NCBI GenBank assembly: GCA_963850655.1
Contig: CAWKMI010000004.1
Span: 10,026-74,025 of the forward strand
DNA length: 64,000 bases
From: an uncultured Gemmatimonadales bacterium
GTDB lineage: Bacteria; Gemmatimonadota; Gemmatimonadetes; Gemmatimonadales; GWC2-71-9
Reading direction: 5' to 3'
Shown here one piece after another: positions 11,125 to 23,625 of this stretch. A program made the position numbers and the translations under genes. A model generated the notes under the pieces. It was not told the DNA's origin and did no database searches. It saw only the letters and a program-made list of their open reading frames with translations. Within the stretch, counting starts at the first letter, position 1; each line of letters starts with the position of its first letter.

Positions 11125-11602
11125 CAACGCCTCAGGGCACGAACTGCTGGAGCGGTTCCGCGGCTGGTTGCAGGAGCGCCAACTCCCGGCCACCCGACAG
11201 CGGGACGTGATCGCCGCCATCGTTTTGACCAGTCGTGAACACCTCTCGGTGGATGACATGCAACGGCGGTTGCGGGACGACGGGGTCCGCGTCGGCTTGG
11301 CGACCATCTACCGCGCGCTCGACACGCTGGTGGAGAGCGGGCTGGTGCGGGTCAACGATTTTGGTGAAGGGTTTCGCCGCTTCGAACCGATGCATGCCGG
11401 CGCGCGGCATGGTCACCTCGTCTGCTCGCGCTGCGGTGAAGTGACCGAGTTCGCCACCGAACGGTTCGAGCGAATCCTCCCTCTCGTCTCCGACGAACAC
11501 GGTTTTCAGCACCATTGGCACCGGGTCGAGATTCACGGACTCTGTCAGGCATGTCGGTCCCCGAACCTCAGCGCGCCTTCACCCGCCGGACGGTCAGGAT
11601 GA
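11111..11602 (+). CDS. Fur-family transcriptional regulator (Fur/Zur/PerR)
   Basis: TRQR, HLSVDD, LATIYRALDTL, HGHLVCSRCG, HGLCQAC. Confidence 0.92.
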   Translation: MSQDDNASGHELLERFRGWLQERQLPATRQRDVIAAIVLTSREHLSVDDMQRRLRDDGVRVGLATIYRALDTLVESGLVRVNDFGEGFRRFEPMHAGARHGHLVCSRCGEVTEFATERFERILPLVSDEHGFQHHWHRVEIHGLCQACRSPNLSAPSPAGRSG

Positions 11603-12327
11603 ACGGCGAAGCGGCCATCGGGCCGGCAGTGGCGTTCCTTGGTGGGCTGTTGAGCTTCCTTTCGCCGTGCGTGCTGCCGCTGGTGCCGAGTTATATCGGC
11701 TTCTTGACGGGGATGACGATGGAGGAGCTGGGCGATCGTCGGCACTGGGCGGTGCTGCACGCTCTCCTCTTTATCGCCGGCTTCTCGCTCGTCTTCATCG
11801 CCCTCGGCGCCGGCGCCACCCAACTGGGTACCGCGCTGCGCTACAACAAGATCTGGCTTGCCCGCGCGGGGGGCGTGCTGGTGATCATCTTCGGGCTCTA
11901 CTCGCTCGGGGTGATCCGGATCGCCGCGTTCGACCAGGACCGTCGCCTGCATCTCGAACGCAAGCCGCTCGGCTTCCTCGGGTCGGTGCTGGTGGGGATG
12001 ACCTTTGCCGCCGGATGGACGCCGTGCATTGGCCCGGTGCTCGGCGGCATCCTGCTCATGGCGGGGACCAGCAACGACCTGCATCGCGGCATCCTCCTTC
12101 TGGCAGCCTATTCAGCCGGGCTGGCGGTGCCGTTTCTGGTGGTGGCAGTGGCGCTGGACGCGTTTCGCGACTGGTTCCAGCGCTTCCGGCGGTGGCTGCC
12201 CTGGGTGCAGCGTATCAGCGGCGTGATCCTGATCGCCATCGGCCTCTTGCTGGTGACGGGCGAGTTTGCCCGGCTCGTGACGCTGCTTCAGGCCGTCACG
12301 CCGGACTTCCTTCGCCAGCGACTCTGA
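11599..12327 (+). CDS. ccdA: Cytochrome c biogenesis protein CcdA
   Basis: SFLSPCVLPLVP and GWTPCIGPVL catalytic Cys motifs, about six TM helices. Confidence 0.92.
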   Translation: MNGEAAIGPAVAFLGGLLSFLSPCVLPLVPSYIGFLTGMTMEELGDRRHWAVLHALLFIAGFSLVFIALGAGATQLGTALRYNKIWLARAGGVLVIIFGLYSLGVIRIAAFDQDRRLHLERKPLGFLGSVLVGMTFAAGWTPCIGPVLGGILLMAGTSNDLHRGILLLAAYSAGLAVPFLVVAVALDAFRDWFQRFRRWLPWVQRISGVILIAIGLLLVTGEFARLVTLLQAVTPDFLRQRL

Positions 12328-12475
12328 GGACCTCGCGCGGCATCGCCAGCTCCGGACACCTTCGGTCATCTCACCTCGGGTGTGATCGAATCGGGGGCTC
12401 AGACGTCGTACTGGTTGCCGTCGGGCGGTGAGGTGCCGGCGTGCGATCCTACATACAGCAGGAGGAGTATTGAAC

Positions 12476-13300
12476 ATGCGATGGACCACCGATTCCCTGA
12501 TCGCCCTGGCCACGGTCGGCCTGCTGGCTTGCGGCGGAGAGAAGCCGCCTCCCCAGATGGCGCTGGACAGTTCCCGTCTGAGCGACAGCATCATCCCCAT
12601 CGTCGATGCCCCGTTGCCGGACACCTCCGCGCTGGTTCCGCCGCCACCTGAGCCGGTCGCCACGCCGCGCCCGCAGCCGACGCCGAAACCGGCGCCCCCC
12701 AAGGCGGTGGTGGCTGCGCCCCCGTCGGCCGCCCAACCAGCGCCACCGCCCGCCGCCGAGGTGCTCCCGACGCCGGTACCGACACTGGCGGCGGGAGTCG
12801 TGATCGCCACGACCACCCTGGACTCGATTCACTCACACCTCAACAAGGTGGGTGATTCGATCCGGGTACGGGTCGCCGCGGATGTTCCTGATGCGAGCGG
12901 CAAGGTGGTGATCCCTGCCGGCGCCATCGTGACGCTGCACATCGTGCAGATCGCTGAGGCATCGAATCGCGGGGAGAAGGGAACGCTCGTGCTGTCGGCG
13001 ACCGACGTGGAGATCGACGGCGTCAGCTACCCGGTCGTCGCCCGGGCTTCGGACTATGCCTATGAGATGAAGGCGCGTCCGATCGGGGCAGGGGAGGTGG
13101 CCAAGACCGGGATCGGCGCGGCGGCCGGAGCCATCATCGGCCACGCCATCGGCGGCAAGACTGGTACGGTCGTGGGAGCGGTGGGTGGTGGGGCTGCCGG
13201 GGCCGCCGTCGCCGCCAAGAGCGCCAATCGCGACATTATCGTCCATGCCGGCAACTCGGTGACCTTGACCCTTCGCGACGCGTTCGTCCGCAAGCCCTGA
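12476..13300 (+). CDS. Lipoprotein with Pro-rich linker, TrbI/VirB10-like beta domain and glycine zipper
   Basis: Lipobox LLAC. VIPAGAIV and GAAAGAIIGHAIGG..GAVGGGAAG. Strong RBS AGGAGG. Confidence 0.75.
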   Translation: MRWTTDSLIALATVGLLACGGEKPPPQMALDSSRLSDSIIPIVDAPLPDTSALVPPPPEPVATPRPQPTPKPAPPKAVVAAPPSAAQPAPPPAAEVLPTPVPTLAAGVVIATTTLDSIHSHLNKVGDSIRVRVAADVPDASGKVVIPAGAIVTLHIVQIAEASNRGEKGTLVLSATDVEIDGVSYPVVARASDYAYEMKARPIGAGEVAKTGIGAAAGAIIGHAIGGKTGTVVGAVGGGAAGAAVAAKSANRDIIVHAGNSVTLTLRDAFVRKP

Positions 13301-13325
13301 ACCGGCGGCGGTGTGCCGTCGGGCC

Positions 13326-15061
13326 TCAGTATCCCGACGGCATGCCTCCTCCTCGCGGGTCGCTCACGCCCTGCCAGCCGGTGGCCGTACGGATGATCGC
13401 CTGCACGTCCCCGCCCCCGCCGAACTTGATGGCGTGTCCCATCGCCCGCAGCGAATCCATGACCGCATCGAGGAACCCGCCGCGCTCGAGCTGGATCGAA
13501 TCGGGGAGCGCCTGGTGGTGCAGCCGCGGGGCGGCCACGGCGTCGGCCAGCGACATGCCATGGTCGATCACGTTGCTGATCACGTGATAGACCTGGGTGA
13601 TGATCGTCGGGCCGCCCGGCGTGCCGACCACCATCTTCAGGTGGCCGGCCGGTCCACCACGATGCTCGGCGTCATGGCCGAGAGCATCCGCTTGCCCGGC
13701 TGGATGGCGTTGATCTCGCCCTGGACCAGGCCGTACATGTTGGGCTTCCCCGGCGCGGTGGCGAAGTCGTCCATCTCGTCGTTGAGCAGGAAGCCGGCCC
13801 CGGTCACCGTCACGGCGGTGCCGTAGCTGTTGTTGAGCGTGGTCGTGGTGCAGACGGCGTTGCCGTCCGCGTCGACCACCGAGTAGTGCGTGGTGGTCGA
13901 GCCCGTCCTTGATCGCCGGGATCGAACGGCGGTGTCGGCGTGGCCTGCGTCGAGGTCGATGGTGGCGCGGACGCTCTTGGCGTACGGCTTCGACAGCATG
14001 CTCGGCAGCATCGGCAGGCTGTCGAAGTCGGGATCGCCCAGGAAGCGGTTGCGGTCCATGAAGGCCCGGCGCATCGCCTCGGCCTCGCGGTGCAGCAGGG
14101 CGGTCGACCCGAACGGCGGCAGCGGGCCGAATCCCTCCATGATGTTGAGGATCATGGCGAGCGTGGCGCCGCCTGAGGACGCCGGCGGCATCGAGTAGAT
14201 CGGTGTAGCCGCGGTAGGCGATCTTGATCGGCGTCGCGCCACTTGGCCTGGTAGCCGGCCAGGTCGGCGTGGTGATGATCCCGCCGCCCCGCTGCATCTC
14301 GTCGGCGATCGAGTTCGCGACCCAGCCCTGGTAGAAGCCGTCGCGGCCATGGTCGCGGATCGCCTCGAGCGTGCGCGCCAGGTCGGGCTGCTTGAGGACC
14401 GTGCCCGGCGGCCGGGGCGCTGCCGTCGTTGAGGTACTGCGCCACCGCGGCCGGCGAAGACTGCTGGAACGGCGGACATGTCGCCGGCGATCGAGCGCGA
14501 CGCGGTAGTGTCGACCACGAAGCCGTCGCGGGCCAGCCGGATGGCCGGGTCGATCACCTGCGGCGAACGGCAGGCGCCCGAAGCGCCGGTGCGCCTCCAG
14601 CAGGCCGGCGACCGAGCCGGGCACCCCGGCCGCGAGCGCGCCGTAGATGCTCGTGTTGGTCGGGCTTGCCCCTCGGCGTCGAGGTACATGTCGCGCGTGG
14701 CCGCGGCCGGGGCCGTCTCGCGGTAGTCGAGCGCGTAGGTCTTGCCGTCGCGCGTGCGGATGATCATGAATCCGCCGCCGCCGATGTTGCCGGCCTCGGG
14801 ATGGACCACCGTCCAGCGCGAAGCCCACCGCCACGGCCGCGTCGACGGCGTTGCCGCCGGCCTGCATGATGTCGCGCCCGACCTCGCTGGCAATCGCGCT
14901 GCCCGAGACGACCATGGCGTGCTCGGCGTCGGCGACTCGCGGCCTTCCCGGCCAGGTGCCAGGTGCGAGGGATTCCGGTCCGCTGCGCCGGATCGGGCGC
15001 CAGCGGCAGGCAAGCGCCAGGACGAAAGGGCACGGACCAGCGAAGGCGGCGGAGCGAGCAC
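13326..15061 (-). CDS. ggt: Gamma-glutamyltransferase (multiple frameshifts)
   Basis: GGNAVDAAVA, HPEAGNIGGGGF, DYRETAP, TTHYSVVD (nucleophile Thr), LLNDEMDDF, PGKRMLSAM, GTPGG, SDPR. Confidence 0.92.
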
Positions 15062-15124
15062 GTTGACCTCGGGGGCGCAGAAGTGAGTTGGGACCGTTTT
15101 CGACTGCCCGTAAGTTAAGCTCCC

Positions 15125-17175
<2,051 letters not shown>

Positions 17176-17222
17176 ACACCCGATCGGTCATGACGTTGCG
17201 GTGGTGGGCGAGGAGGGACGGT

Positions 17223-18253
17223 TCAGCGGGTCAGCAAGAGCAGCGTTGCGACGATCGCCATCGCAACGGTCAGCAGGCCGAGCACCAGGCCGGTGGGTGA
17301 GCGGCGCGTCGGTGGCGCACGGACTGCCGCTGGCTTGGCCGCCGGGAAGGCGGCGGTCGGCTGCAAGGCGGGTCGCTCGTCCGTGGTGATGAGCTCGTGA
17401 TAGCCGGGCTCGTCCCCCCCGGTTTCCGGAAGATCGTCGCCGTCGAAGCGCGCCGCGATCACGGTGATGTTGTCCGGGCCGCCACGCTCGTTGGCCATCG
17501 TCACGAGGCGCTCGCAGATCGTGGCCGTGTCGGCTTGATTCCTGGACGACGGTCGCCATGTCGCCGCGCCGGACCACGGTGGAAAGACCGTCGCTGCAGA
17601 TGATCAGGACGTCCTTGCGCTGGAGCGTCTGCCAGCTCAAGTCGACCTTCACCCGGGCGTCCGGACCCAGCGCCTGCAGGATGATGTTCCGGCGCTCGCT
17701 GGTCTCCGCCTGTTCCTCGGTGAGCTCGCCCACCTCCACCAGGCGCTGGGTCAGCGATTGGTCGCGGGTGAGCTGGCGCGCCTCGCCGTTGCGGACCAGG
17801 TAGCCGCGCGAGTCCCCGATCTGGGCCAGGATAGAGCCGGTCGCCACAGACACCCGCCACGGTGGCAGTGGTCCCCATCCCGCGCACGTCGGGATGCTCC
17901 CTGGCATAGCTGTGGATATGGAGGTTGGCGAGCTCGACAGCTTCGCGCAGGCGGTGGGCGAAACGGTCCTCGGATACGTCACGGTCGCTGCCCCAGGTGT
18001 CGATCATGTACTGGTAGATCTGCGTGGCCGCCATCTCGCTGGCAATCTCTCCGGCAGCCGCGCCCCCCATGCCATCGGCGACCAGATAGAGCAGCCCGCG
18101 TTCACCGATCTCGTAATCCTCGCTGCGCGAGGTGCGCAGCGGGACCCGGCCCGCGAGATTCGCGACGAGAAAGGTGTCCTCGTTGTGCTCGCGCGTCCGG
18201 CCGCGATCGGTGATGGCGTGTACGGAAACGCGGATTCGAGCCGTGGCGACCAC
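17223..18253 (-). CDS. PP2C-family Ser/Thr phosphatase with C-terminal TM anchor (frameshifted)
   Basis: TDRGRTREHNED, VADGMGG, MGTT, IGDSR, CSDGL, GGPDNITV. Hydrophobic tail GLVLGLLTVAMAIVATLLLL. Confidence 0.9.
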
Positions 18254-18394
18254 TCCGGGTGAATGTCTACCCTTGAAACACGACCCTGCAAAGATAGGAT
18301 CGGCAGCCACCCCCGGGACAGGGGGGTGTCTACCTCCCCGCGTTTCAGGCGTCTCCCGGGTATCTCCTGCTCGATGGGCATAGATTCTACTGTG

Positions 18395-20764
18395 ATGAGT
18401 TCGCACTTCTTCCGCTGGCCAGCCTGCTTCGGCCTCGCAGCGCTTCTGGGCGCCGCGCCACCCTTGGTGTCGCAGTCCCCGGCCCAGCGCCGCGAACTGG
18501 TGGCCTTTCGCGATTCGCTGGCCGGCATGAACGACTCGACTCCGCTGCTCGGTCTCGAGAGGCAGCACATCCTGCAGGCCCGTCAGCCCGAACTCTATTC
18601 GCCACGGACCGCGTCGGACACGGCCCGGGCTGCGATCCTCCACCTGCGTCTCGGATTCGTTTCGCTGCGACTGGGGGAGCTGGGGGAGCGGGCAAACTAC
18701 GACTCGGCGGCGTCGGAATTCAGTTGGGCAACGGAGCTGGTCCCGCGGTGGCCATACGGCTGGTTCGGGCTCGGCCTTGCCGAGCTGGGTGTTGGTGACG
18801 CCGGTAACTCGTTCGTGCGCGGCATGCAGACCATGCTTGGCAAGGACGCGCTCACTCGAGCCGCCAACGACTTTGCCCACAGTGCCGAGGTGGACTCGTC
18901 CTTCGTGGAGGGATTGGTCGAGCTGAGCACCACCGCGCTGCGGCAGCGCATCAATGCCCGGATGGATGTTGCGCTCGCTGCCCTCCGCCGGGCCGCCCGC
19001 AGTCCGGTGGCGCGCAATCCGGAAATCCTGCTTGCGCGCGGCCGGGTTGAGCGCGAAGTGGGCGACCCCGACTCCTCCCTCGTCGCGCTCAGCACCCTGC
19101 TCGACGCCGAACCGGACAATGCCGTGGCGATGCTCGAGCTGGCGCGCACCCGGTTTGCCGTGGGCCGGCTCGATGGGGCCGATCCCTGGTATCGCGGCCT
19201 CGCCTTGGCCGACAAGGACGCCTTGGCATTGTATCGGCTCGACCTCTCGTTCATCATGACCGACTCGATGCTCCGCCGCTTCGACGCCGCGACGCCTGAT
19301 GGCCGGGTGGCCGAGGTGCGGAAGTTCTGGGACGTCCGCGACCGTGACGAACTCCACCGGCCAGGCGAGCGCTTGCGGGAACACTATCGCCGGCTCGATT
19401 ACGCGGCGCGGAACTTCCGGCTCGTCTCGCCCAACCGGCAGTACAACATCGAGGAGCGGTTCCGCTCCAATCAGGTCGAGTACGACGACCGAGGAGTGAT
19501 CTGGATCCGTCAGGGCCCGCCAAACGATCGCCGTCCTTACAACTTGCCCGGCCTGGAGCCCAACGAGACCTGGGTCTACCATCGCGAGAGCGGGGACCTG
19601 ATCCTGCATTTTGTCGCGCGACAGGATGTCCAGGACTACCGGCTCGTCCCGAGCCTCTTTGATGTGATCGGCTTTTCGGCTTCGGTGCAGCTCGAAGGAC
19701 GGGTCCTCAGTCCGGGAGCGTCGGACGGCAGGCTGATCAACTCCCTTCTCACTGGTGGCCGGTCGCCCCTGAACACCGATTCCGCCCTCCAGGCCATGAG
19801 CGACTCCCGGCTCTCGGCCATGACCGATGCCATCCTCCGCTCGCGTGAAGGGATCAATCCCATCTATGGGCGCCTGCTCACTGCCGGTCGCGGGGGGCGT
19901 TCCGCGCTGGTCGCCGCCGAGCGCGACCTCGGCCAGAAGAGCATTGCGGTGGGTACCCAGACCGATGCCTGGCCGTTGCGCTTCAACTCCCTCCTCAAGG
20001 CGAAGCTCAACGTGCTTGCCGTTGGGGCCGATTCCGCCGGACCACAGCTCCAGGTGGTCTTCGGGATCCCGGGGAGTGGGATCAGCCCGATCAGGGTCGC
20101 GGCAGGGATCGGGTACCCCATTCGCCTGCGTGTCTCGGTTCTCGCGCTGGATGGAACCGTGGTGGCCACCGTCGACACTTCGCCCACCCTGGTCGTTGCC
20201 GCGCCCGTGCCGGCGCGGGAGTACCTCCTCAAGCGAATTGCGGTCCGGGTGCCGCCAGGGGTCTTCACCGTGCGCGTCTCGCTGGAGACGGAGGAGGACG
20301 CCGGCCTGGTCTCGAGCCGGGACACCGTCAGGGTGGCCTCACCGCTCGGACCGGCCCTCGGGCTCTCGGACCTGGCCCTTGGCAGCCGAAGTGTGCACCT
20401 CGTCTGGCCCACCGCGAAGGGCGATACCGCCTGGTTCAACCCGTTGGGGTCGTTCCACGCCAATGAGCCACTGCAGCTCTTCTTCGAAGTCGCCGGACTG
20501 CCGCCCCGCTCACCCTACCATGTCGACCTCGAGATTCGTCGGCCGGCAGGGGGGTCCCTGTTCAGTCGGTTGCCGCTGTTCGGACGCCGGCGGACCTTCT
20601 TCCGCCTTTCCTTCAACGCCGCCACCAGCAGCAGCCTCGACCAGGTGCATCAGGAGATCCGGCTCGATCAGCTCCCGACTGGCTCCTACACGCTCCTGGT
20701 CACGGTCTCCAGCGAAGCCGGTGGCAAGGTCTCGCGCCAACGGGAGGTGACCGTTATCAGGTGA
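18395..20764 (+). CDS. Secreted TPR + GWxTD-domain protein
   Basis: Signal peptide, TPR-like helices, FW..RD..P..EHYRR..YA..NF..DDRGVIWIRQGPP..ETWVY, beta-rich C-terminus. Confidence 0.75.
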   Translation: MSSHFFRWPACFGLAALLGAAPPLVSQSPAQRRELVAFRDSLAGMNDSTPLLGLERQHILQARQPELYSPRTASDTARAAILHLRLGFVSLRLGELGERANYDSAASEFSWATELVPRWPYGWFGLGLAELGVGDAGNSFVRGMQTMLGKDALTRAANDFAHSAEVDSSFVEGLVELSTTALRQRINARMDVALAALRRAARSPVARNPEILLARGRVEREVGDPDSSLVALSTLLDAEPDNAVAMLELARTRFAVGRLDGADPWYRGLALADKDALALYRLDLSFIMTDSMLRRFDAATPDGRVAEVRKFWDVRDRDELHRPGERLREHYRRLDYAARNFRLVSPNRQYNIEERFRSNQVEYDDRGVIWIRQGPPNDRRPYNLPGLEPNETWVYHRESGDLILHFVARQDVQDYRLVPSLFDVIGFSASVQLEGRVLSPGASDGRLINSLLTGGRSPLNTDSALQAMSDSRLSAMTDAILRSREGINPIYGRLLTAGRGGRSALVAAERDLGQKSIAVGTQTDAWPLRFNSLLKAKLNVLAVGADSAGPQLQVVFGIPGSGISPIRVAAGIGYPIRLRVSVLALDGTVVATVDTSPTLVVAAPVPAREYLLKRIAVRVPPGVFTVRVSLETEEDAGLVSSRDTVRVASPLGPALGLSDLALGSRSVHLVWPTAKGDTAWFNPLGSFHANEPLQLFFEVAGLPPRSPYHVDLEIRRPAGGSLFSRLPLFGRRRTFFRLSFNAATSSSLDQVHQEIRLDQLPTGSYTLLVTVSSEAGGKVSRQREVTVIR

Positions 20765-20805
20765 GTCGCAACCCCCTCATGGAGTGATTTGGGTCCGCCC
20801 CTGAT

Positions 20806-20847
20806 TGTGGATAAGTTTCCATAGTGGTTGATTTGTGATGTGGATTC
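20806..20847. promoter_or_regulatory. DnaA boxes upstream of nrdJ
   Basis: Perfect TGTGGATAA at 20806-20814, GTTTCCATA directly after it, TGTGGATTC at 20839-20847. Confidence 0.55.
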
Positions 20848-20882
20848 TGCTTCGTGCCGCTGGTGCTGCTAATTCCGGTGCA

Positions 20883-20911
20883 TTGCTCCCCCGCTCGGCA
20901 TTCTCTAGCTT
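20883..20911 (+). promoter_or_regulatory. Sigma-70-like promoter of nrdJ
   Basis: TTGCTC-N17-TAGCTT. Confidence 0.5.
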
Positions 20912-21027
20912 GGTGGTCCGCGACACCGCTCGCGGATGGTCCACTGGCGTGGTCCTGACAACGGTGTCGCCAGAGCAGGTGCACAGGTCGGTCAGGTGAT
21001 GGGCACCCCCGAGACACACCCTCAGCA

Positions 21028-23568
21028 GTGAGTGAACAAGACCCCATGGAATCGTCTCCGACGCGAGGCGCAGTTGAGCTGTCGCCCAATGCGATCACGG
21101 TGCTCGAGAAGCGCTACCTGCTCAAGGACGAGACAGGGGCGCCAGTCGAGAAACCTGCCGATCTCTATTGGCGCGTCGCCACCACCGTCGCGGCACCCGA
21201 TGCCCGGTACGGTGCGTCGCGCGGCGCGGTGGATGCGCTGGCCGAGGCGTTCTATGAGGTGATGGCGAAACGGTTGTTCATGCCGAACTCGCCGACGCTG
21301 ATGAACGCCGGCCGGCCGCTGGGCCAGCTCTCTGCCTGCTTCGTCCTCCCGGTCGATGACACGCTCTCCAATGGCCACAGCGGCATCTATGACACGCTGC
21401 GGGCCATGGCCCTGGTGCATCAGTCGGGCGGAGGCACGGGCTTCTCGTTCTCCCGCCTCCGGGCACGCAACGACATTGTCCGTTCGACGATGGGCGTCGC
21501 CTCGGGGCCGGTGTCGTTCATGTCGCTCTATGACTCCTCGACCGACGTGGTCAAGCAGGGTGGCACTCGACGCGGCGCCAACATGGGCATCCTCCGGGTC
21601 GACCACCCGGACATCCTCGATTTCATCGATTGCAAGAGCGATCTCACCAAGATCACCAACTTCAACATCTCGGTCGCCATCACCGATGCCTTCATGGCCG
21701 CGCTCGCGGCCGATGGCGAATACGATCTGGTTGACCCGCGCACCAAACTGGTGACCGGCCAGATGAAGGCCTCGGTGCTGTGGAAGAAGATCGTCCACGG
21801 GGCCTGGAAGACCGGCGAGCCTGGTGTCTTCTTCATCGACCGGGCCAATCACTTCAATCCGGTGCCAACGCTGGGCTCCTACGAGGCCACCAACCCCTGT
21901 GGCGAGCAGCCGCTGTTGCCATACGACGTCTGCAACCTCGGCTCGATCAACCTAGGCGCCTTCCTGACCGGAACAGACGAGATCGACTGGGATCACCTCC
22001 GGGAAGTCGTCCACCTCACGACCCATTTCCTCGAGAACGTGATCGATGCCAACCACTACCCGCTGCAGGAGATCAGTGATCTCGCGCAACGGATCCGCCG
22101 GATTGGCCTCGGCGTGATGGGGCTGGCCGACCTCTTTGTCCGGCTCGGGATTCCCTACGATTCGGACGAAGCAGTCGAATTGGGCCGCGAGCTGCAGCAG
22201 TTCGTCGATGACGAGGCCAAGAACGAGTCGGAGCGGCTGGCCACCCTGCGCGGGGTCTTCCCGGAGTGGGAGCGCAGTATTTGGGGTCCTGACGCCACTT
22301 GCGCCCGCGATGCGAAGGGCAATCGGATCCGGCCGATGCGGAAGCTGCGCCATTGCAACATGACTACGGTGGCGCCGACCGGGACCATCTCGATCATCAC
22401 CGGGTGCTCGTCAGGCATCGAACCGCTCTTCGCCGTGGCCTTCATGCGCAACCAGGCCGGCGTCCTGATGCCGGATGTCAACGAGGATTTCGTTGCCATC
22501 GCCAGGCGCGAAGGGTGGTACAGCGAAGCGCTGATCCGCCAGATCGCCGAGCGGGGCAGCATCCGGCTTTCGGAAGTGCCGGAGAAGTGGCAGCGTGTGT
22601 TCACCACCGCCAACGACATCGCGCCCGAATGGCACATCCGGATGCAGGCGGCGTTTCAGGAGCACAACGACTCGGCGATCTCCAAGACATGCAACTTCGC
22701 CAATGCTGCCAGCGAGGAGTACGTCGAGCAGATCTATCGCATGGCCTATGACCTCGGCTGCAAGGGCGTCACCGTTTACCGCGACGGCTCGCGCGACTTG
22801 CAGGTTCTCTCGACTGGTCTTCAGGCCAAGAAGGTGGCCGATCAGGCCGTCTCGACCGGATCGTCGGAGGCACGCGCCGATCTCGGCTATCAGTCGCCAG
22901 ACGCCGACCCGGATGAACGGCTGGCGATGGCGGACCTTGCATCAGAACTGGCCGAGGCGCACGCCGAGATCGAGCGCCTGCGGCAGTCGGTGCACGAGCT
23001 CGAGAGCGAAAATCTCCAGCGGCGCCAGAAGCGGTCACGGCCCGAATCGTTGCCGGGCACCGTGCGCCGCCTCTCCACGCCGCTCGGCGATCTCTACGTC
23101 ACCATCACCGAGGACGACAAAGGACAGCCGTTCGAGGTGTTCATGTCTCTCGGCAAGGCTGGTGGTGCGCTGATGGCCGATGTCGAGGCGATCGCGCGGC
23201 TGATCTCCCTTGCGCTGCGTTCTGGAATTCCTGCCAAGGCGGTGTATCGCCAGTTGCGAGGCATCTCGTCTGACCGGGCCATCGGGCTGGGACCGAACAA
23301 GGTGCTGTCGGTGCCTGATGCAGTGGGGATCGCGCTCGAGAAGTACATGTTCGAGAAGCAGGGGATTCAGCAGGAATTGCTCAACACCACAGCCGAGCAT
23401 CCTGCGGTACCGGCGCCTGCCGTGCTGGTGACCATGGAAAACGAACAAATGGCGCTCGGGGGAATGGCACACACCCTCACCGGGGCCTGTCCCGACTGCG
23501 GTTCGCAGCTCGAGTACGCCGAGGGCTGCATGAAGTGTCATGTGTGCGGCTTCTCGGAGTGCGGCTGA
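21028..23568 (+). CDS. nrdJ: Class II adenosylcobalamin-dependent ribonucleotide reductase with C-terminal TSCPD-like/zinc-ribbon domain
   Basis: PNSPTLMNAG, SACFV, QGGTRRGANM, TNPCGEQPL, VAPTGTIS, KGVTVYRDGSR, terminal CPDCG..EGCMKCHVCGFSECG. Confidence 0.95.
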   Translation: MSEQDPMESSPTRGAVELSPNAITVLEKRYLLKDETGAPVEKPADLYWRVATTVAAPDARYGASRGAVDALAEAFYEVMAKRLFMPNSPTLMNAGRPLGQLSACFVLPVDDTLSNGHSGIYDTLRAMALVHQSGGGTGFSFSRLRARNDIVRSTMGVASGPVSFMSLYDSSTDVVKQGGTRRGANMGILRVDHPDILDFIDCKSDLTKITNFNISVAITDAFMAALAADGEYDLVDPRTKLVTGQMKASVLWKKIVHGAWKTGEPGVFFIDRANHFNPVPTLGSYEATNPCGEQPLLPYDVCNLGSINLGAFLTGTDEIDWDHLREVVHLTTHFLENVIDANHYPLQEISDLAQRIRRIGLGVMGLADLFVRLGIPYDSDEAVELGRELQQFVDDEAKNESERLATLRGVFPEWERSIWGPDATCARDAKGNRIRPMRKLRHCNMTTVAPTGTISIITGCSSGIEPLFAVAFMRNQAGVLMPDVNEDFVAIARREGWYSEALIRQIAERGSIRLSEVPEKWQRVFTTANDIAPEWHIRMQAAFQEHNDSAISKTCNFANAASEEYVEQIYRMAYDLGCKGVTVYRDGSRDLQVLSTGLQAKKVADQAVSTGSSEARADLGYQSPDADPDERLAMADLASELAEAHAEIERLRQSVHELESENLQRRQKRSRPESLPGTVRRLSTPLGDLYVTITEDDKGQPFEVFMSLGKAGGALMADVEAIARLISLALRSGIPAKAVYRQLRGISSDRAIGLGPNKVLSVPDAVGIALEKYMFEKQGIQQELLNTTAEHPAVPAPAVLVTMENEQMALGGMAHTLTGACPDCGSQLEYAEGCMKCHVCGFSECG

Positions 23569-23597
23569 ACTAGGTTTTGCCCATCAGGGTCGTGCGG

Positions 23598-23625
23598 GCG
23601 GGGGCGACGCATGCGTCACCCCCGC
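23598..23625. repeat. REP-like palindrome
   Basis: GCGGGGGCGACGCATGCGTCACCCCCGC, related to the copy at 60543. Confidence 0.65.

Noticed and set aside
20765-21045. Cobalamin riboswitch or NrdR boxes upstream of nrdJ
   Set aside because: No B12-box/GGGAA..GCCACTG core arrangement and no convincing NrdR palindrome.
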